From Octopus sinensis (taxonomy: Eukaryota): a DNA stretch of 64,000 nucleotides. This document shows, piece by piece, positions 11,800 through 26,170 of this stretch. Below the pieces are notes generated by a model. That model was not told where the DNA came from, did no database searches, and saw only the letters and a program-made list of their open reading frames with translations. Position numbers and translations under genes: made by a program. Within the stretch, counting starts at the first letter, position 1, and each line of letters opens with the position of its first letter. The DNA lies in contig NW_021836130.1 of NCBI RefSeq assembly GCF_006345805.1, positions 62,001 through 126,000 on the forward strand. Direction: 5' to 3'.

Positions 11800-12350
11800 G
11801 GTTATTAAAAAATTCAGATTTCATCGTTGCTAAGAGATTTCGATATGTTGGATAGGAATCCTATGTATTCATTCAAAAAATTCGTGGATGACAAATAAAA
11901 TTTTCAACACGGGATAATATATCGAAGAAGAAATTTTTTAATTTTGGATAATGCTGGGTGCCATAAAACTGAGAATTATTCAAATATAAATCGTTTAAAT
12001 ATCTTTCTGAAAATACGACAGCAATACTTCAACCTTGTGACATTTAAATTAAATTATTTTAACGAATTGATGAAATTACAGAAAATTTGTATATTTACAT
12101 CGACTAGGGTTATAATATTCTAGTCGTCTTTGATAAAACTGACCTAAATATTTTCTGTTTTATTTTTTTAAGGAGAAAGATTTAACATCTCTAAAAGAAT
12201 GCTATACCTGCCAGCAAGAAAAGGAATCCTAGCTCAAGGCTTCTCAACATCCAAAGCGACAATTGGACACGAATTGAATGCCCAAGTTTACGAGATTTTT
12301 TGTAATCTCAGGTCGAAAGGTTACCCAATCAAATTTCCAGTTTCTGGGAT
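11800..12350 (+). mobile_element. Degenerate pogo/Tigger-like transposase fragments
   Basis: FLILDNAGCH..ENTTAILQPCD (DDE_1-like) and VYEIFCNLRSKGYPI (CENP-B/Tc5 HTH-like), with stops. Confidence 0.5.
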
Positions 12351-13156
12351 GATAACAGTATTTACTTACTATTATTAAATTTTAACTTTGGTACCTAGTC
12401 CGCTCTATTTATAACACAGGCCCGTAAAAGTTGTAAGGTGTATCTATCTAAATTTGTGTCGAATCTATGGTATTAAAAGTGGAAGAAAGATGAAAGTACA
12501 CAATTGAAGGCGGAGAGATAGACAATTTTATTCAAGAAAATAGACGTGCATTTTTGAGAGAACTTTATTGGAGTGGGAAATAATAATTTGTTGATGTTCC
12601 TCAGCAAATTTGGTTCTCAAGGAAAGGTATATCCAAGTGAATGGACATAATAAATCCGCTACGAATTTTATGCAATCGATTGTTAGAGACGCTAATTACA
12701 TGCTTCCTACAGATCAACATATTGTTGATGTTGAAATGCTGATTCATTCTAATGACCTTGAACGTTTTTAAATCTAAATTGCACTATATTAAATTTAGTT
12801 GAAGCGATTGTTGCAACTTGATCAGGAATACAGCAATCATTGATTATAAGAGATCAATAAATTGTAGTTTTGCTGACGTCGTTATTCTTTTCTAAATGAA
12901 AACTATTCCTGGATAATTTAGTCTAAAATAGATTACAGCTCTAATTGAAATATTTTTTAAATTCAGTGTAGTTGAAAATTCAGTTAGGAAATCTCCCAAG
13001 AAGATACTACAATTTTAAATATATTTTGTGTCTAATCAGACCACCTAATTCAAAAATCAGCAACTACAAAACCCCCAACACCAGCACAAACATAACAATA
13101 AAACTATCCCAATAAACTTTAGTTTAAACCAAAAATAAAGTCAAAAAACCAGACAA

Positions 13157-15539
13157 TCACCCTCTTCCATAAATGGACCCCTTAGTGGTCCTCGAATTCT
13201 ACACATTACAACCACACAAATCTACTTTTCTAGACATTGGCAGACTTATTGGAAATGTCGGCTTATATGTAAGTCTGACACGAAAAGGCAGATCCTTAAC
13301 TTTATATATCCTCACAATCCAATTCTCGCTCGTAAATGCCTCCTCCATGTGAGTCAACTCATTGACTACATGCCCAACCATCTGTCTCCTCGACTTGTCA
13401 TATCCATTAGTCTTTAATATATGTATAATACTACCAGCTTGTTATGAAAACGGTAGTAACAAAGTCGGAACATCAAAGAAGACTTCATCCTCTCAGAAAC
13501 GCCCTTTCCAATGTTATAGTTCCCCTCCGAGTCAAAATACTCATTTTCCTAAAATATCGGGCAATTGGGCACGTGGATCTCGTTAGGGTACTCCCCTTCG
13601 GATATTCGGACCATCCACAGAAACTTGGCGATATCGTCCGAGTCATACCCCAAATATCCCCCAAACACCACCAGAACATAATCCACGTCCAATTCCCGAG
13701 CTATTTCGGCAGCCCGTGACTCATTGGAGGCCATAGCTTTGCCCACCTAATTTGATTAGGAGAACAGTACAGTGGCAATATGAGTATTATTCCACGTATT
13801 ATTATCCACTATGGTGGTTCTGTTAGAAAACCCCGTTATTTGGTATCCGTAATCCCACCAGGACATGATCTTGGAGTCCTTTGGGGTGTTCCTTCCCAGC
13901 CAGTAGTAGGCCTCTCTGTAGTCGTCGATAATGTGGTGGGCTCTGCCAATAGTTGACTGATCAGTACCCGTCCTGTCCGCTTCCTTCCAGCACGATCGAA
14001 GTCCCCGAATACATCACGGCAGTAATCCACGTGCTGTGCACAACAAATAACGCAATCGCGGCAAAAAGTGAAGTTGTGGCCATCGAGAATGAAAAAAATG
14101 AATTTTTCTCAGTTCGGTGGGATCGAGAAATTCTACGGAAAACGGACTCCAAGGCAAAGGATGACACAATCGCGGAAATTGGGGTCAGAATAATCACCAG
14201 TCTGACCATCATCCCAGAAAAATAAGCAGAAGTGACAGCCAGAGTGAGAACCAGAATCATTTGATCACTCAAACGAGAAAAAGCCAGCCAAATTCCAATC
14301 GGAAAAACAGTCGGAATAAAATGCAAGTCAATAAAATATCTCGTCCAAATAGAAATCTGATGTTCAGCGACAGAAGAAATGATTGGAATGTTGATGGCCG
14401 CATAGGAAGTGTCAAACAACGAATAAAGACGGCCAGTCCAAGGGGAAATGACCCCTTCACTAATAACCCCCAAAAAGACTACCCAAATAAGTAAGGACGC
14501 CCACCATCAACACACTAACGAGGCCAAACACACCCAAACACAACAAAACCACCTTGGCTGCCCAACGAGAGTCACTTAGTGATCCCAAATGCTTAAAAAG
14601 TCCGACCAAACAGAGCAGTAGAAACACCACTGACATATTATACGAATATTACTGAGAGAAGACATATGTTCGCTGGTTGTGAGCGGAAGGAATCCCACAA
14701 AAGGTATCTGCATAGACATAAGTAGGCCAAGAATATAAAAAGTAGTATAAGCTGATAATAAAACATGTATAAACCAAACCACAAAACAATTTACTAGTAT
14801 ATCGACCAGATATAACAAGTATGAACACATGGAGAGGGATGACGTTGATTACATAAATATATCCTCCCCAGGAAGCCACCTACAAGTCAATAAACCTCCA
14901 CCAACTGCATATAAGTAGAAAAAAGCAGTAAAAACTGCCCAAAGGAGACTCCCAGACTTGACAGTCCTGGCCCACAAATACAGAGTAAACATGATTATAA
15001 ATATTGAAATACATTCATAGTCATAACTCCCTGCAACTGATCGGGAGACATATCCGGGGACTGGAAATGAGTGGAAGGGGACTACTTATGCTCATTATGA
15101 AGGCGGAGATCAACCCGGCTGATTTATTCCACACTTCTGAGGCAAATAAATAGGCTGTGATGGCCATTAGACCACTGTAGAAGGCAGGAAGGAATACACA
15201 GACTTCACGGATGTGGACTGGGAGGCTGAGGGAGTGGAGTGCCCAATGGAGGAGGCCGGATGTGCTCATTATGCCTGGGTAAACTGTTCCGCCGACGTCT
15301 CTTCCCAGGGGATACCAGGCTGACTCGTCAAACCAGTTTATAAAGTCATAAAATGAGTTCTCGACCATCATTTTTGTGGCACGATAGTTAAACCAGGGGT
15401 CGAATTCGTGGATTATGCTTTCGAATTTTATGACGGAGTGGAGTCTTGTTATGAACGATAAGACACATATTGAGATCAGAATTAGTGTCAGCAGAAATGT
15501 CTTTTGCCTTTCTATTTTTTGGTGATACAGGATCCCCAT
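13157..15539 (-). CDS. STT3B: Oligosaccharyltransferase catalytic subunit, STT3B-like
   Basis: [60 protein letters not shown]; introns such as 15061-15085 (25 nt); 3' end assumes a final micro-intron. Confidence 0.93.
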
Positions 15540-18084
15540 CACAAAATAGAATAATAAAATTAATTAAAAAATTTAATTATTCAAAAAATAATTTAGTTTA
15601 ATATTCTAACATCAAAGAATTTCATTTTTTAAATAAATAGACATTTAAGGTTTCCACCATAAGGACTAGCCTATAAAAAGAAAAAGGAAATAAGAAATAA
15701 AACGTTGGAAATCACGTTGGATGTTATGTTCTGTGAGATACTTCTAAAAAGACATTTATATTTTTATGACCAATTGAAATTCAAACAAAAAGCTTTTGCT
15801 ACTGCTTCGGAGTGTCTTTTTTTTGATTTTTGAACTCAACAACTTTGCTCATTTTACTGTCCTATCCGAACACCTCATTTTACTGTTAGAAGATGTGATC
15901 ATCTATATGACACTGATAGTTAGAAACGGAAATTTTAGATCATGTTATATGCTGATAAATAAAATTTAGTCAATCGAATAATTCATTTCCCTAATTAATG
16001 TCACCGGTGGTCTTATATTTTTGTGTTGTTAATACATCTGAGCCTAAAAGTCAGCTTAGTGCCGCCGTATTGAGTAGCAGTTTCCGCAAAGCACAGTGAC
16101 CGATATTTTCTGAAAAAGCCAGCTAACCAAATTGTACATTTGGATAACTTTTTTTATTTTGTAACAAATTCCTTACCATAAATATGGATGTATCCCACAT
16201 CTTTTCAGGGTATTTTAAAAGAACTTTTCCCGATACACCGAGGAGACCCTAACCCTAAAAATGCAGCGATCAATCACTTCTATTTTTAGATACCACAAAC
16301 AATGTATTTTAGATACCGCAAACAGTATACACCAATGGTAAAATCAGTCATATCTTTTGGGATATTTTTAAATAAACAAATGTTTCAGGAAAGTATGGGA
16401 TTCTTAAATTTTACAACAATGAGGTTGGTTTTTATATTTTAACTCTTTCGTGTCAATTTCAAATTCTTTATCCTAAAAATAAGAAAATGCGAACGACAAT
16501 CAAAATTTCAGTAAAAAGTTAAATTCAACGTGCACGGACATGTTTTCTCATTTGTCATTTATCCTGCCATTGGAAACTCAGAAGTAATCTGCTGTAAAGG
16601 CAAAAACAGGACTTGACAACTACTAACTTCTGACTTTATAAATGACATCAGAAATAAGATCGGCTTCCAAAAGAGATGCCACGTGCAATATGATGGCTTT
16701 GGTAGAAAATCTTGATCGTCATAATGACATAAGAATCCACAATTATTAAATGGAATTTGTTTTTCTACATTTTCATTCATTATTGGTTTATGTTGACGAC
16801 TTTTATAAATCGGATTATGATTGATGAAAGCTTTGGATATTGACATAAATTTTATAATCTAGAAAATAATCCTGATAATTGAAACTAGTTTGAAAAAGGC
16901 AAAATAACTGAAAAAATATAATTTATGATTTTAAATATTGAAAGTGAGACTCAAATTATTTTTGGGAAATCAAAAAGAAAATTTCGTAATTAATGTACGT
17001 AAAATAATAGAAAAACCAATATTCTCTTATTCTTGTAATTATTGTTTTTCATAAAATGATTTTATGACAGCAATATTCACGTCTATTGAGAAATAAATGA
17101 ATTACCTTATTATATTTTTACAATTGGCCAATTTTAATTGGAAGTCCATTGTGTTTCAACTATAAAAAACAATTCCCCGACAAAATACACTCCATTGCCA
17201 GTTACTATAAAGTAATAGTTTAATTCAAAGTGAGGAAGACCAATCATTTTTAAAGAAAGATATAATACATCTACTTATTGAAGAAAGAATTAAAAGTTTT
17301 AATTAAGACTATATTAGTTAATATTATTTGTGATATAATATGATTGACTCAATTTTTATATAATCAAAAATGAATGTATTTTTGGTAAAATAAATATTTT
17401 TTAGGATATAAAATGGGTATTTGCACGTGCACAAATCAAAGCGGTTTGATTGATGTTCCAGCAATTGATAAATGATATTGTCTTCAGTCTATTCCTTGTT
17501 CAATATTTCTAATAATTATATAGCGTTTCCTATCATCTACCATCTTTAATCGTCAATAAGCGAATGTCGATTTGTGGCTTAATACTTGCATTGTTGGCAT
17601 ATTTACTTCAATTCTTTAATGCCTTGGATACGAAAGTAATTCAGATTTTGAATTGGGTCAGCCTATTGTTTCCACTTTCCGTCATCCCATTAATAAAACC
17701 TCAATAACAAAGAGTTTTTCTATTCAGCTGTGATTTATTGCCTAAAATCCAATATTTATGGCTCCCTTTTGTTCCCACAAGTGCATATTTCAATACCGCA
17801 CTTAAAACCAATTTAACCCAAAAAATTATTTTACGTGTAGAAAAACATTAAAAATTCCCCGAATATTTGATGTTGAGATATTTTAAAAAAGGGGATGAGC
17901 TTTAATTTTACGGTTGAATGTTTAAAGACATATTTTGTTGAAAAATAAAATACGCGTCGTCAGGGCGGCGTATGAACGCGTTATTTCGACTATTCAAGAG
18001 AACAAATGGTCATTGTTTCGCAAACAAAGTTTGAGTGTGGAGATTTTGTTGGTCTTATTATTTTCATAATAATTTATAGAGTAA

Positions 18085-19110
18085 ATGGAACAGCATAAAT
18101 TGATGTCTATTCAACAATTGGAATACAATCAGAATGATTCAACGGGTAATTTATTATCAAAGAAATACCACGAAAATTATAATTCTCATTACAAATTCAA
18201 TGTTTCTAATAACTTGGAAAAAGTGTACTCCGCTCCACAAATGGAATACAATTCAATCTCCGATAAATTTGAAAACAATCCTCAATCAACTTCGATTGTT
18301 AACTACCAGCAAGACCAGAACGTTGAAAGTGCTCCAATTTCGAATGGAAAAAATAGAATCAAGAGACCAATGAATTCTTTTATGGTCTGGTCGAGAGTCC
18401 AACGTAAAAAAATGTCTTCGGAAAATCCAAAAATGCATAATTCTGAAATTTCAAAAAGATTGGGAAATAATTGGAAGATGTTATCCGAGGAAGACAAAAA
18501 ACCTTTCGTCGAAGAGTCCAGAAGACTTCGAACTATCCACATGCGAGACTACCCGGACTATAAATACAGACCACGTAGAAAAAACAAAAATCTGGCAAAA
18601 AAGGACCATCATTTTATTCCTATGGACATGACACATCAAGTTGTGTCACATCCTATATCCAGTCATAGCATGAATATCAGTGAAAATTATTTCCCTGAAA
18701 ATGGCAACTTTACGAGACCCCCATTGACTGATTTGTACTCTCAACAAAATCCATTTAACTATCAAGCATATTCCAACTTTGGAACTAGTTTCCAAAACGG
18801 ACAATTCCCTCACAATCCAAACGCGTTTGTCCAATATCAGCAAATGTCGAATTTTATTCCTCAAATCAACCCTGAGAACGGAATACAGCTGGCATCCAGT
18901 TTTGACTACTATCGAAATTCCTTACAAAATAATCAAGAAACAACCGATTATTCAATTTACCAATCAAGATATGACCCACAACGTCGACATAACTCTGGAA
19001 AAGTTTTTTTTAATAATATTTCTGTAGTTTCAAATGGATCACACTCACCACTAATGTGCTATGCAATACTAGGCTTAGCAAAACTATTTTATTTTATACG
19101 ATTTTACTAA
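18085..19110 (+). CDS. SoxB: SoxB-group HMG-box transcription factor
   Basis: [40 protein letters not shown] followed by the group-B basic motif; a possible 25-nt intron near 19003-19027 would change the C-terminus. Confidence 0.92.
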   Translation: MEQHKLMSIQQLEYNQNDSTGNLLSKKYHENYNSHYKFNVSNNLEKVYSAPQMEYNSISDKFENNPQSTSIVNYQQDQNVESAPISNGKNRIKRPMNSFMVWSRVQRKKMSSENPKMHNSEISKRLGNNWKMLSEEDKKPFVEESRRLRTIHMRDYPDYKYRPRRKNKNLAKKDHHFIPMDMTHQVVSHPISSHSMNISENYFPENGNFTRPPLTDLYSQQNPFNYQAYSNFGTSFQNGQFPHNPNAFVQYQQMSNFIPQINPENGIQLASSFDYYRNSLQNNQETTDYSIYQSRYDPQRRHNSGKVFFNNISVVSNGSHSPLMCYAILGLAKLFYFIRFY

Positions 19111-19711
19111 CGGTTTTACTACAATTTTGTTTTATTTTTCTATGTACAATTCATTTTTAGACCAAATTTCCATAAAATCTTATTCATTGTCCATAAATAG
19201 AAATTATGAGGGTTAAATAATTCTTTGGCGTTTTTTATTAACTAAAACAAAAAATGAAATATTTGAATGCAATAAACTCTCTCGAATCCGCCATTTTTTA
19301 AATAAAAATACAAATTTCTCAGGGAAATTCTCGAATTCACCCAAAAAAGAAACATTTAAATATTCCAAAAAGACACAAAAAATTATTTGATCAAATTTCT
19401 AAACCACATATCAAGTATTATATTGGGACAAAGTCAGTAAGCACTGCTAATAAGAAAAGTTAACAACTCTGTCATTATGAGCCCGATTAATACTAAATTC
19501 TAATAGAACTGATTCCCAGAGGCTTTGTAGCAAGTTTGTAGTGATGGCTTACTGTGGGGGGTGAAGTAGATATTAAAAACAATAAGAATCAGAATAATTT
19601 TTCTATTTTTTTTTCTATGGTTAATATTTGAAGTTTTTTATTATCTTTAATATTTTTAAATACATAATTAAAAACCTGAGTTTCAGTTGTTGTGCGTAGT
19701 TGTTCGAAATA

Positions 19712-20346
19712 ATGTCAGAAAACGGTAATGGAACTATCAGCAAAAATCCAGACAATTTTGATCATTTTATAAAAGCCGAATTTGTGGTATAAAAAATAAA
19801 TTTCCAAATTTATTCCAGGAAGACGTAGATTCCTTCATGGAACTCAATAAAGGGGACGCACAAGGAGCACTCGAACGATTCCAAGATCTACACAGGAAAT
19901 TCAGATACATCGAATCAAACTTTTCTCTAAGCAAATCTCGGTTTAAATCATTGATTCTCAATATCAAGTTACCTGAAACAAATCCCCGACTTTACGGCTT
20001 CCTTGGACTCAGTAAGACACCTAAAGACGCTGAGTGGAGACGAGGATCTCACGTGCAGTTATCTGCTTTGTAGTCAGGTCTATTCGAAGGCTCGAATAAG
20101 CTCAGTATCGAGTGTGTATTTACTGCTGGGAGTATAAATGTGTTATAAAGGATGCAGGCGAATATAATGATGGAATATGAGTTGGATGAGGCAGAAGCAT
20201 TTTTAGACAAGAACTATAAGGAAGCACTCAGACAGATTGCCAAGTTGGATGAGCGGCTCAACTATATTCAGGACCAGAAGACTATTCTGGAAGTCAATAT
20301 GAGCAGGATCTTTATTTGGCAATCAAATCGTGATAAAAATGTCTAA
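19712..20346 (+). CDS. VBP1: Prefoldin subunit 3 (VBP1)
   Basis: AEFV|EDVDSFM, KFRYIESN, VYLLLG|ANIMMEYELDEAEAFL, QKTILEVNMSRIF; micro-introns. Confidence 0.88.
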
Positions 20347-20547
20347 TTTGTTTGTTTGATTATTATGCTCTTATTTGTTTTTTATTTTTTGAGAGGACTT
20401 GGTGATTTTTGGACAGGAGATATAAGGGGGAGAGATAGAATCTTATTTTTGTGTTTTGTTCTTTTTTTGTATCATTGTATACCATATACCAACAAATTAG
20501 GACAATTTTTTTATTTTTGACATATGAATTTTTAGCACGTGCCATTG

Positions 20548-21960
20548 TTGTTATAGCACTTCCCATAGGAACAAGAACAGAATAAGTCATATTCACGTGC
20601 CACATATGATACGACCTGCTTAACCACCGTTTTCCGCTTTCTGCGGATTTGGGCCTGTCTGCAGAGTTCGTCCAGATCATCGCAATTGTTTAGGGTTTTT
20701 CATGTTGCAGAACAGCCGTCAGTTTGTTCCTTAGTTCGGTATCAGAAATGCCCCATGTAGATGAATTATACATTAAGACGGGTTTTACAAAGGCATTGTA
20801 GATTCTGAGCGTAGTGAGAGGTCAATTTCTTAGCCAGTTTTTTATGACGGTTTTTATACCAGCAGCGTCCAGAGTTCTTCTGCGCATTATGTTCTCCCGG
20901 TCTCCAAGCAGTGAGCCAAGCTTTTTCGACAGTCTCCATAAGCTGGCTATTCGAAGGTGACATCGGTTTTGTTCATAATTAGAAACCATTTTCCAGGTGC
21001 AATCACCAATAGTCGGTCGACACAAAGTCATCAGCGTAAATTAGTTTGGTGATTTGCACCATATAGACTTCTCAAATCTCGCAAGGCAGCCTTGAAGTAG
21101 ATCACAAACAGCAGAGGCAAGAGAAAGTCGCCTTGAGAGGTTCCCACATTTGTCAGGAAAGGTCTGGACGATGTTGTTCCAAGACGAACAGCAAGTTTCG
21201 TCTTTGTTAGTAATACTCTTATCATTTTGATGTCATCTTCGTTTAAACTCTTCATGAGTAAATCTCGACGGATGGAGTCAACGCTTTTGACATATTGATG
21301 CCTTTTTATATCTTTGGTGTGTTGTGAACCGCCATCGGTGACTCCACAGACGTCTGCAGTTGAACGTCCTTCTTTAAACCATTGTGATTTGGAGACAAAA
21401 ATCTGTCCTTGATTCAATCCAGCACAATCAATGAGAGAATCTTCCTGAGGCAGTTCAGCAGAATGACTGGGCAGAGGTTTTCTACTGGGCCAACGGACTT
21501 GTCCGACTTTTAAATAGGAATTAGGACCCCAGAGCCAAGCAGGAGTAAGTCGTTTGTGACAAACATATCGTTGAGTATATTCTTAATGTTCCAAATTTCT
21601 ATATTTAGACAAGGAATAAGATTTTATAGAAATTAGGTCTAAAATGGTCCGTATTTCAGAAGCTTCGCATTGATGTCGTCGATTGTTTTTAAGCCTGCTA
21701 ACTGCCTTTGTAAACTCCGGCAAGTGATTATATTCCTCAGGAATCGCAGTGAGCCAGAGCAAAACAAAATTGGCTCAGTGTTGTTAAAATAAATCCGCTA
21801 TAAGCTTCGCCTGTTCCCCCGAGTACGATATTACAGTTCCTTTGTTGGTTGAGAGCTGAAATTTGGAGCTTCTTTTCTTTCTCTAAACAGCCAGACACAT
21901 TCGTGCATTATTTTTGAAGGTTTCCAGTTCCTTGAGACAAGAAGTTAAAATATTCCGGCC
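20548..21960 (-). mobile_element. Degenerate RTE-like retrotransposon RT region
   Basis: FKEGRSTAD, NVGTSQGDFLLPLLFVIY, KKLGSLLG, with many stops and frameshifts. Confidence 0.75.
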
Positions 21961-22917
21961 ATATTGAAAGTTTAGGCTTTCCAGTTTTGTGATATTTCAC
22001 ACAATTTTTTCCAAACCTGTTTAATAAAAAAGCTTATTTTTATCAAATTAATAAAAATGGACTATTTTCATAAATCGGAATACCCATGGAAACATAAGTA
22101 AATAATGTGCGAGGCAAAGAAGAACGCTGAAACGACTTATAAATCCACTTACTGCATTCCAAGTCAAATGCCGGGGTAAATGTGAACTAACTAAGCCATG
22201 GCAGCTACCTAGGACACGTGCCGACAACAAAGTATCGTTTTGGGGATACATTTGGGAATATAAGTGCGGATTATTTTATTTATAATCGTCTCAAATGCGT
22301 GGAGGAGTCTGGGAGTATTAAAGGAGGGTCGATTCCCACGTATTTCACAAACAGACCCAACCTTGTTTGGGAAGCACGACAAAACACTCGAAAAGCTAAT
22401 TTCCCTAAAAATTATTTCGACTTTTTAAATTCGTCCCCCAAAAAAATGGCCGAAATGAACGAATTTTATGAGGTTTTGCTATTTTTTGAATTTAAATAGA
22501 AAGTACAACAACACAGAATGTCATACAAGGACAAATGCCGCAGAGGACCAGGACTTTGTCACTTTTCCATTCCCGACAACTATAATAACAGAACACCCTA
22601 TTAACCATTAAAATATACTAATATCAATTTTCTGGGTTTTCATAAACATCATAAATATTTTTTTTATAAACTAAAAAATATTCTCAGAATAAAATTAAGA
22701 AAGTTTCAACTGTAGATTAAAAAATGGTTTTTCCTGTGACTTAATGAAAATAGCCAGCACGTGAGTTATAAATTATAATTTATTTACAAAGTGTAATCAC
22801 AAAAAAACAAATTATTTTAAAAATAAAAATAAATTAAAAAATTGTTCAATATTTAGAATAAAATAAAACTTAATCCGAAAAAAATACACTATTTTGTGGT
22901 ATCTAATCAGTGCCTTG

Positions 22918-24290
22918 ATGTCATCAGTTGACAAATCTACTCTAAAATACACAATGGCCAAATTAGGCCTCCTCCACCACTACTATCCTCTCAAAAGTAA
23001 AATCTCCGAGTACACCCACCCTCTTATACCAATAGACATTCTCAACTGAGTATTAAACTCATCAAATCAGTGGGAATAAACAAGAATTCTGCACGAATAT
23101 TAATAAAAGCAATAAACCAATCCACATCTGCTGATTCCGTCATTTGTGTGCCACATGAGGACATAACATACACACGCCTCATCGGCAGTGGACAGAGCAC
23201 GACTGTCCATGAAGGATTTATGGCCGGAATGAGAGTGGCAGTCAAATCTATTGACACAAAACCCTCAAAACTGGACAGAAATATGTTCATTAGTCTGGAA
23301 CATGCCAATTTAGTCCAGTTAATAGGCCTAACAGTCGAATCCCCACTCCTCATAATCACCACATTTATCCAAGGGGGGACCCTTAGAGAATTTCTGAATG
23401 ATCAGCCTATTCTCCCCCCAATAAACAGACTCCTACACTTTTCAAGACAAATAGCCAGTGGAATGGCCTTTCTACATATCAATAATATTATCCATGGCTC
23501 TCTCTCTGCCAGCCAAGTCCTTCTTTCTCCAGTAAATGTGGTCAAAATAACCGATTATTACCTCCCATGTGACTTCTCTCTCAACAACCCAGCCTGGCGA
23601 GCCCCAGAACTTCTAGAATGTTCTAGAATAACCAAAGATGGTGACGTGTGGTCATTTGGAGTGACTGTTTGGGAAATATTTGCACATAAAACACCCCCTG
23701 GGAAGGCTTCAGTCCCCAAGAATTGTTGGTGGCACACAAAGAGAAGACACTCCCTAAGAACGACACCTGTCCTTTCCCCTTAGAAGGCATCCTTAAGCGG
23801 ATTTGGGTCTCAAGGAAGAGACCTTCATTTATATCATTAATTCTACAACTAAATGATGTAATGAGTGGTATATTGAGTGTAGATGTGTATTCCAGTGGTT
23901 GAGGCAAAGGACAGGTGGGAGAGGGGGCTGAAGGTGACAGCACGTGACTGTATTGCTGTGATTGATTGGAGGGATGACTATGAGTGGAGGGGGCAGAATC
24001 TCAGAACTTTGCAAGTCGGGAATTTTCCCTCCAAGCTTGTGAGAATGGTTAAGTCAGTCAAGTCTGTTGACTTTGTTGAAGTTGGGAGGATTGTTCCGGG
24101 GACTGTGTATCATGCAGGACACAGAGATATTGATGGGACTGGGTGGGGACAGTCATCACATGTTGATAGTTTGTTTATCAGGTCTCAGGCTCGTCCCAGT
24201 AGTATTCGAGTGAGCTTGTTTTGTGACTATAATAGATGGCACCACAAGAATCATCTGATGAATATTGATATATTTATTTTATTTTAGTTG
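22918..24290 (+). CDS. ACK/TNK2-like protein (SAM, kinase-like, SH3, CRIB) with a degenerate catalytic site and a 1-nt frameshift near 23695
   Basis: VAVK, WRAPE, DVWSFGVTVWEI; SH3-like WRGQNLRTLQVGNFP; CRIB-like VYHAGH; HRD reads HGS and DFG reads DYY; 3' end approximate. Confidence 0.75.
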
Positions 24291-24503
24291 TTTAATTTTT
24301 ATATAAATTTTTTAACTTTATATTATTTATTGTAAAAAATAACTACATTAAAATAAAGAAAAATTGTTTATTTTAAATTTTAATAAAGTGTTAATTTAAT
24401 TTTATAAGTATTAGTAAAAAGTAAATATTATATTACAACAAATAATAAAATATATTAAAAATAAATAAAACAATTTTATTAATCGTAGTGGTACAACAAA
24501 AAA

Positions 24504-26142
24504 ATGATAACAGAAGATTCCATTTCCCGGCCAAACGTAAAACTGACCTTCGACGGAAAACGTTTAAGAAAGTCATTATACCGTAAAACAATCGACTATA
24601 ACTCCTCTGCCCTCTACTATGTACAAAACAGACACATCTCAAAATTCCCAGGCCGAAGAAAGCAGTGCATTCAACCAAACGAATTATACGCCTTCCAAGT
24701 AATAAAAACAAATCAAACAACCAGACAAGAAAGCCCTGCCCTTCTCTATCCAGTGCAGTCTCAGTCACGTGCACTCGATTTGTCAAACAAGCCACCAACA
24801 AGAAGAGGTGTCCAATCTACACTGTCATGGTCAGTGGGCTAAATATGACTAGTGGACTCCCGATGGCCGGAGATTGACCACAGGCTCGGCCAGTGGAGAA
24901 TTCACCCTCTGGAATGGCCTGGTTTTCAATTTCGAGACAATTTTGCAAGTTGGTGATATTTTAAAGCAGTAGGCCCACGATGAGGCAATTCAGGCAATGG
25001 CGTGGAGTCACAACGACAACTGGCTGGTCTCGGGGGACAGTCTGGGCTTCCTTAAATACTGGCAGCCCAACATGAACAACGTAAAAATGTTCCAGGCCCA
25101 CAAGGAGTCAGTCAGATCACTGTCCTTCTCCCCCAACGACGTCAAATTCGCCTCCTCCTCCAACGATGGGACAGTGAGGGTCTGGGATTTCATATCCTGT
25201 CGAGAAGAGAGGATATTCCGTGGTATTCTCAGTGGGGGAGTGTAGAACACGGAGCGGATGTGTCCTCCGTGGATTGGCACCCTCAAATGGGGCTCCTCGT
25301 CTCCGGAAGTAGGGATTCCCAACGTCCAATCAAGTTTTGGGACCCTCGGACTGAGACTAGTCTGAGGACACTGTAGAAATATATATAGGAGGGTTTAGTC
25401 ACGTGCATAAGGCAGGGGTGACTCATGTCCGGTGGAGTGTGGACGGGAATCGACTACTGTCGGGATCGGAGGACAGGACGATCAAATTATTTGATACGAG
25501 GAAGCTGAGTGTGCCAATTCAGTCATTTGTGGGGCACAAGAAGGAAGTGAGTGGTACCCTTATTGGGGGAGTTGTAGTATTGGAGTGGCATCCGCTTTAT
25601 GGGGATGTATTTGCGAGTGGGGGGAATGATGGGTCTATTTTCTACTGGTCGGTGGGGACTGAGAAGGAGATTGGGGTGGTGCAGGACGCCCATGACAGTA
25701 CTGTGTGGTCACTGTCGTGGCATCCTCTTGGCCATTTGCTTGTTTCTGGGTCGAATGACCATTCTATTAAGTTCTGGACGCGTTATCAGCCTGGGGATCA
25801 ATCTCAGCTTGAGTTTGTGGCCAATGGAGGGACTAATCGAGAGGAGGAAGGAGAGTCAGATGTGCTGACTATTCTCAGTGATATGCAAAATTGTAAATAT
25901 GTGGGGAAAATACCTGGTTTGGAGGGGACTGAGCCACTCGAGGTTCCTCGGAGGCCGGTTCCTGTTTACAGTCGGCCATCTGGTTCTCGCTTTTCTGGTC
26001 CTTCGTGTATTTATTTGTGTTTATATGATAGATGGAATGAACTATGGCCAGTTTCGTGGGGATTATTGTTTGGATTGTTTATAATGTTGTAGATGACAGT
26101 CATCAAAGCAACCTGGGAGAGTTCAATGACCGTCCTTATTAG
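24504..26142 (+). CDS. WDR33: Pre-mRNA 3'-end processing WD40 protein WDR33/Pfs2
   Basis: [31 protein letters not shown]|[43 protein letters not shown]. Confidence 0.93.
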
Positions 26143-26170
26143 TTTTTGTATATTCGGTAACAAAATAAAC

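Noticed and set aside
15010-15035. STT3 motif SYDYE instead of SYDNE
   Set aside because: Both acidic residues are intact and the middle position varies among oligosaccharyltransferases.
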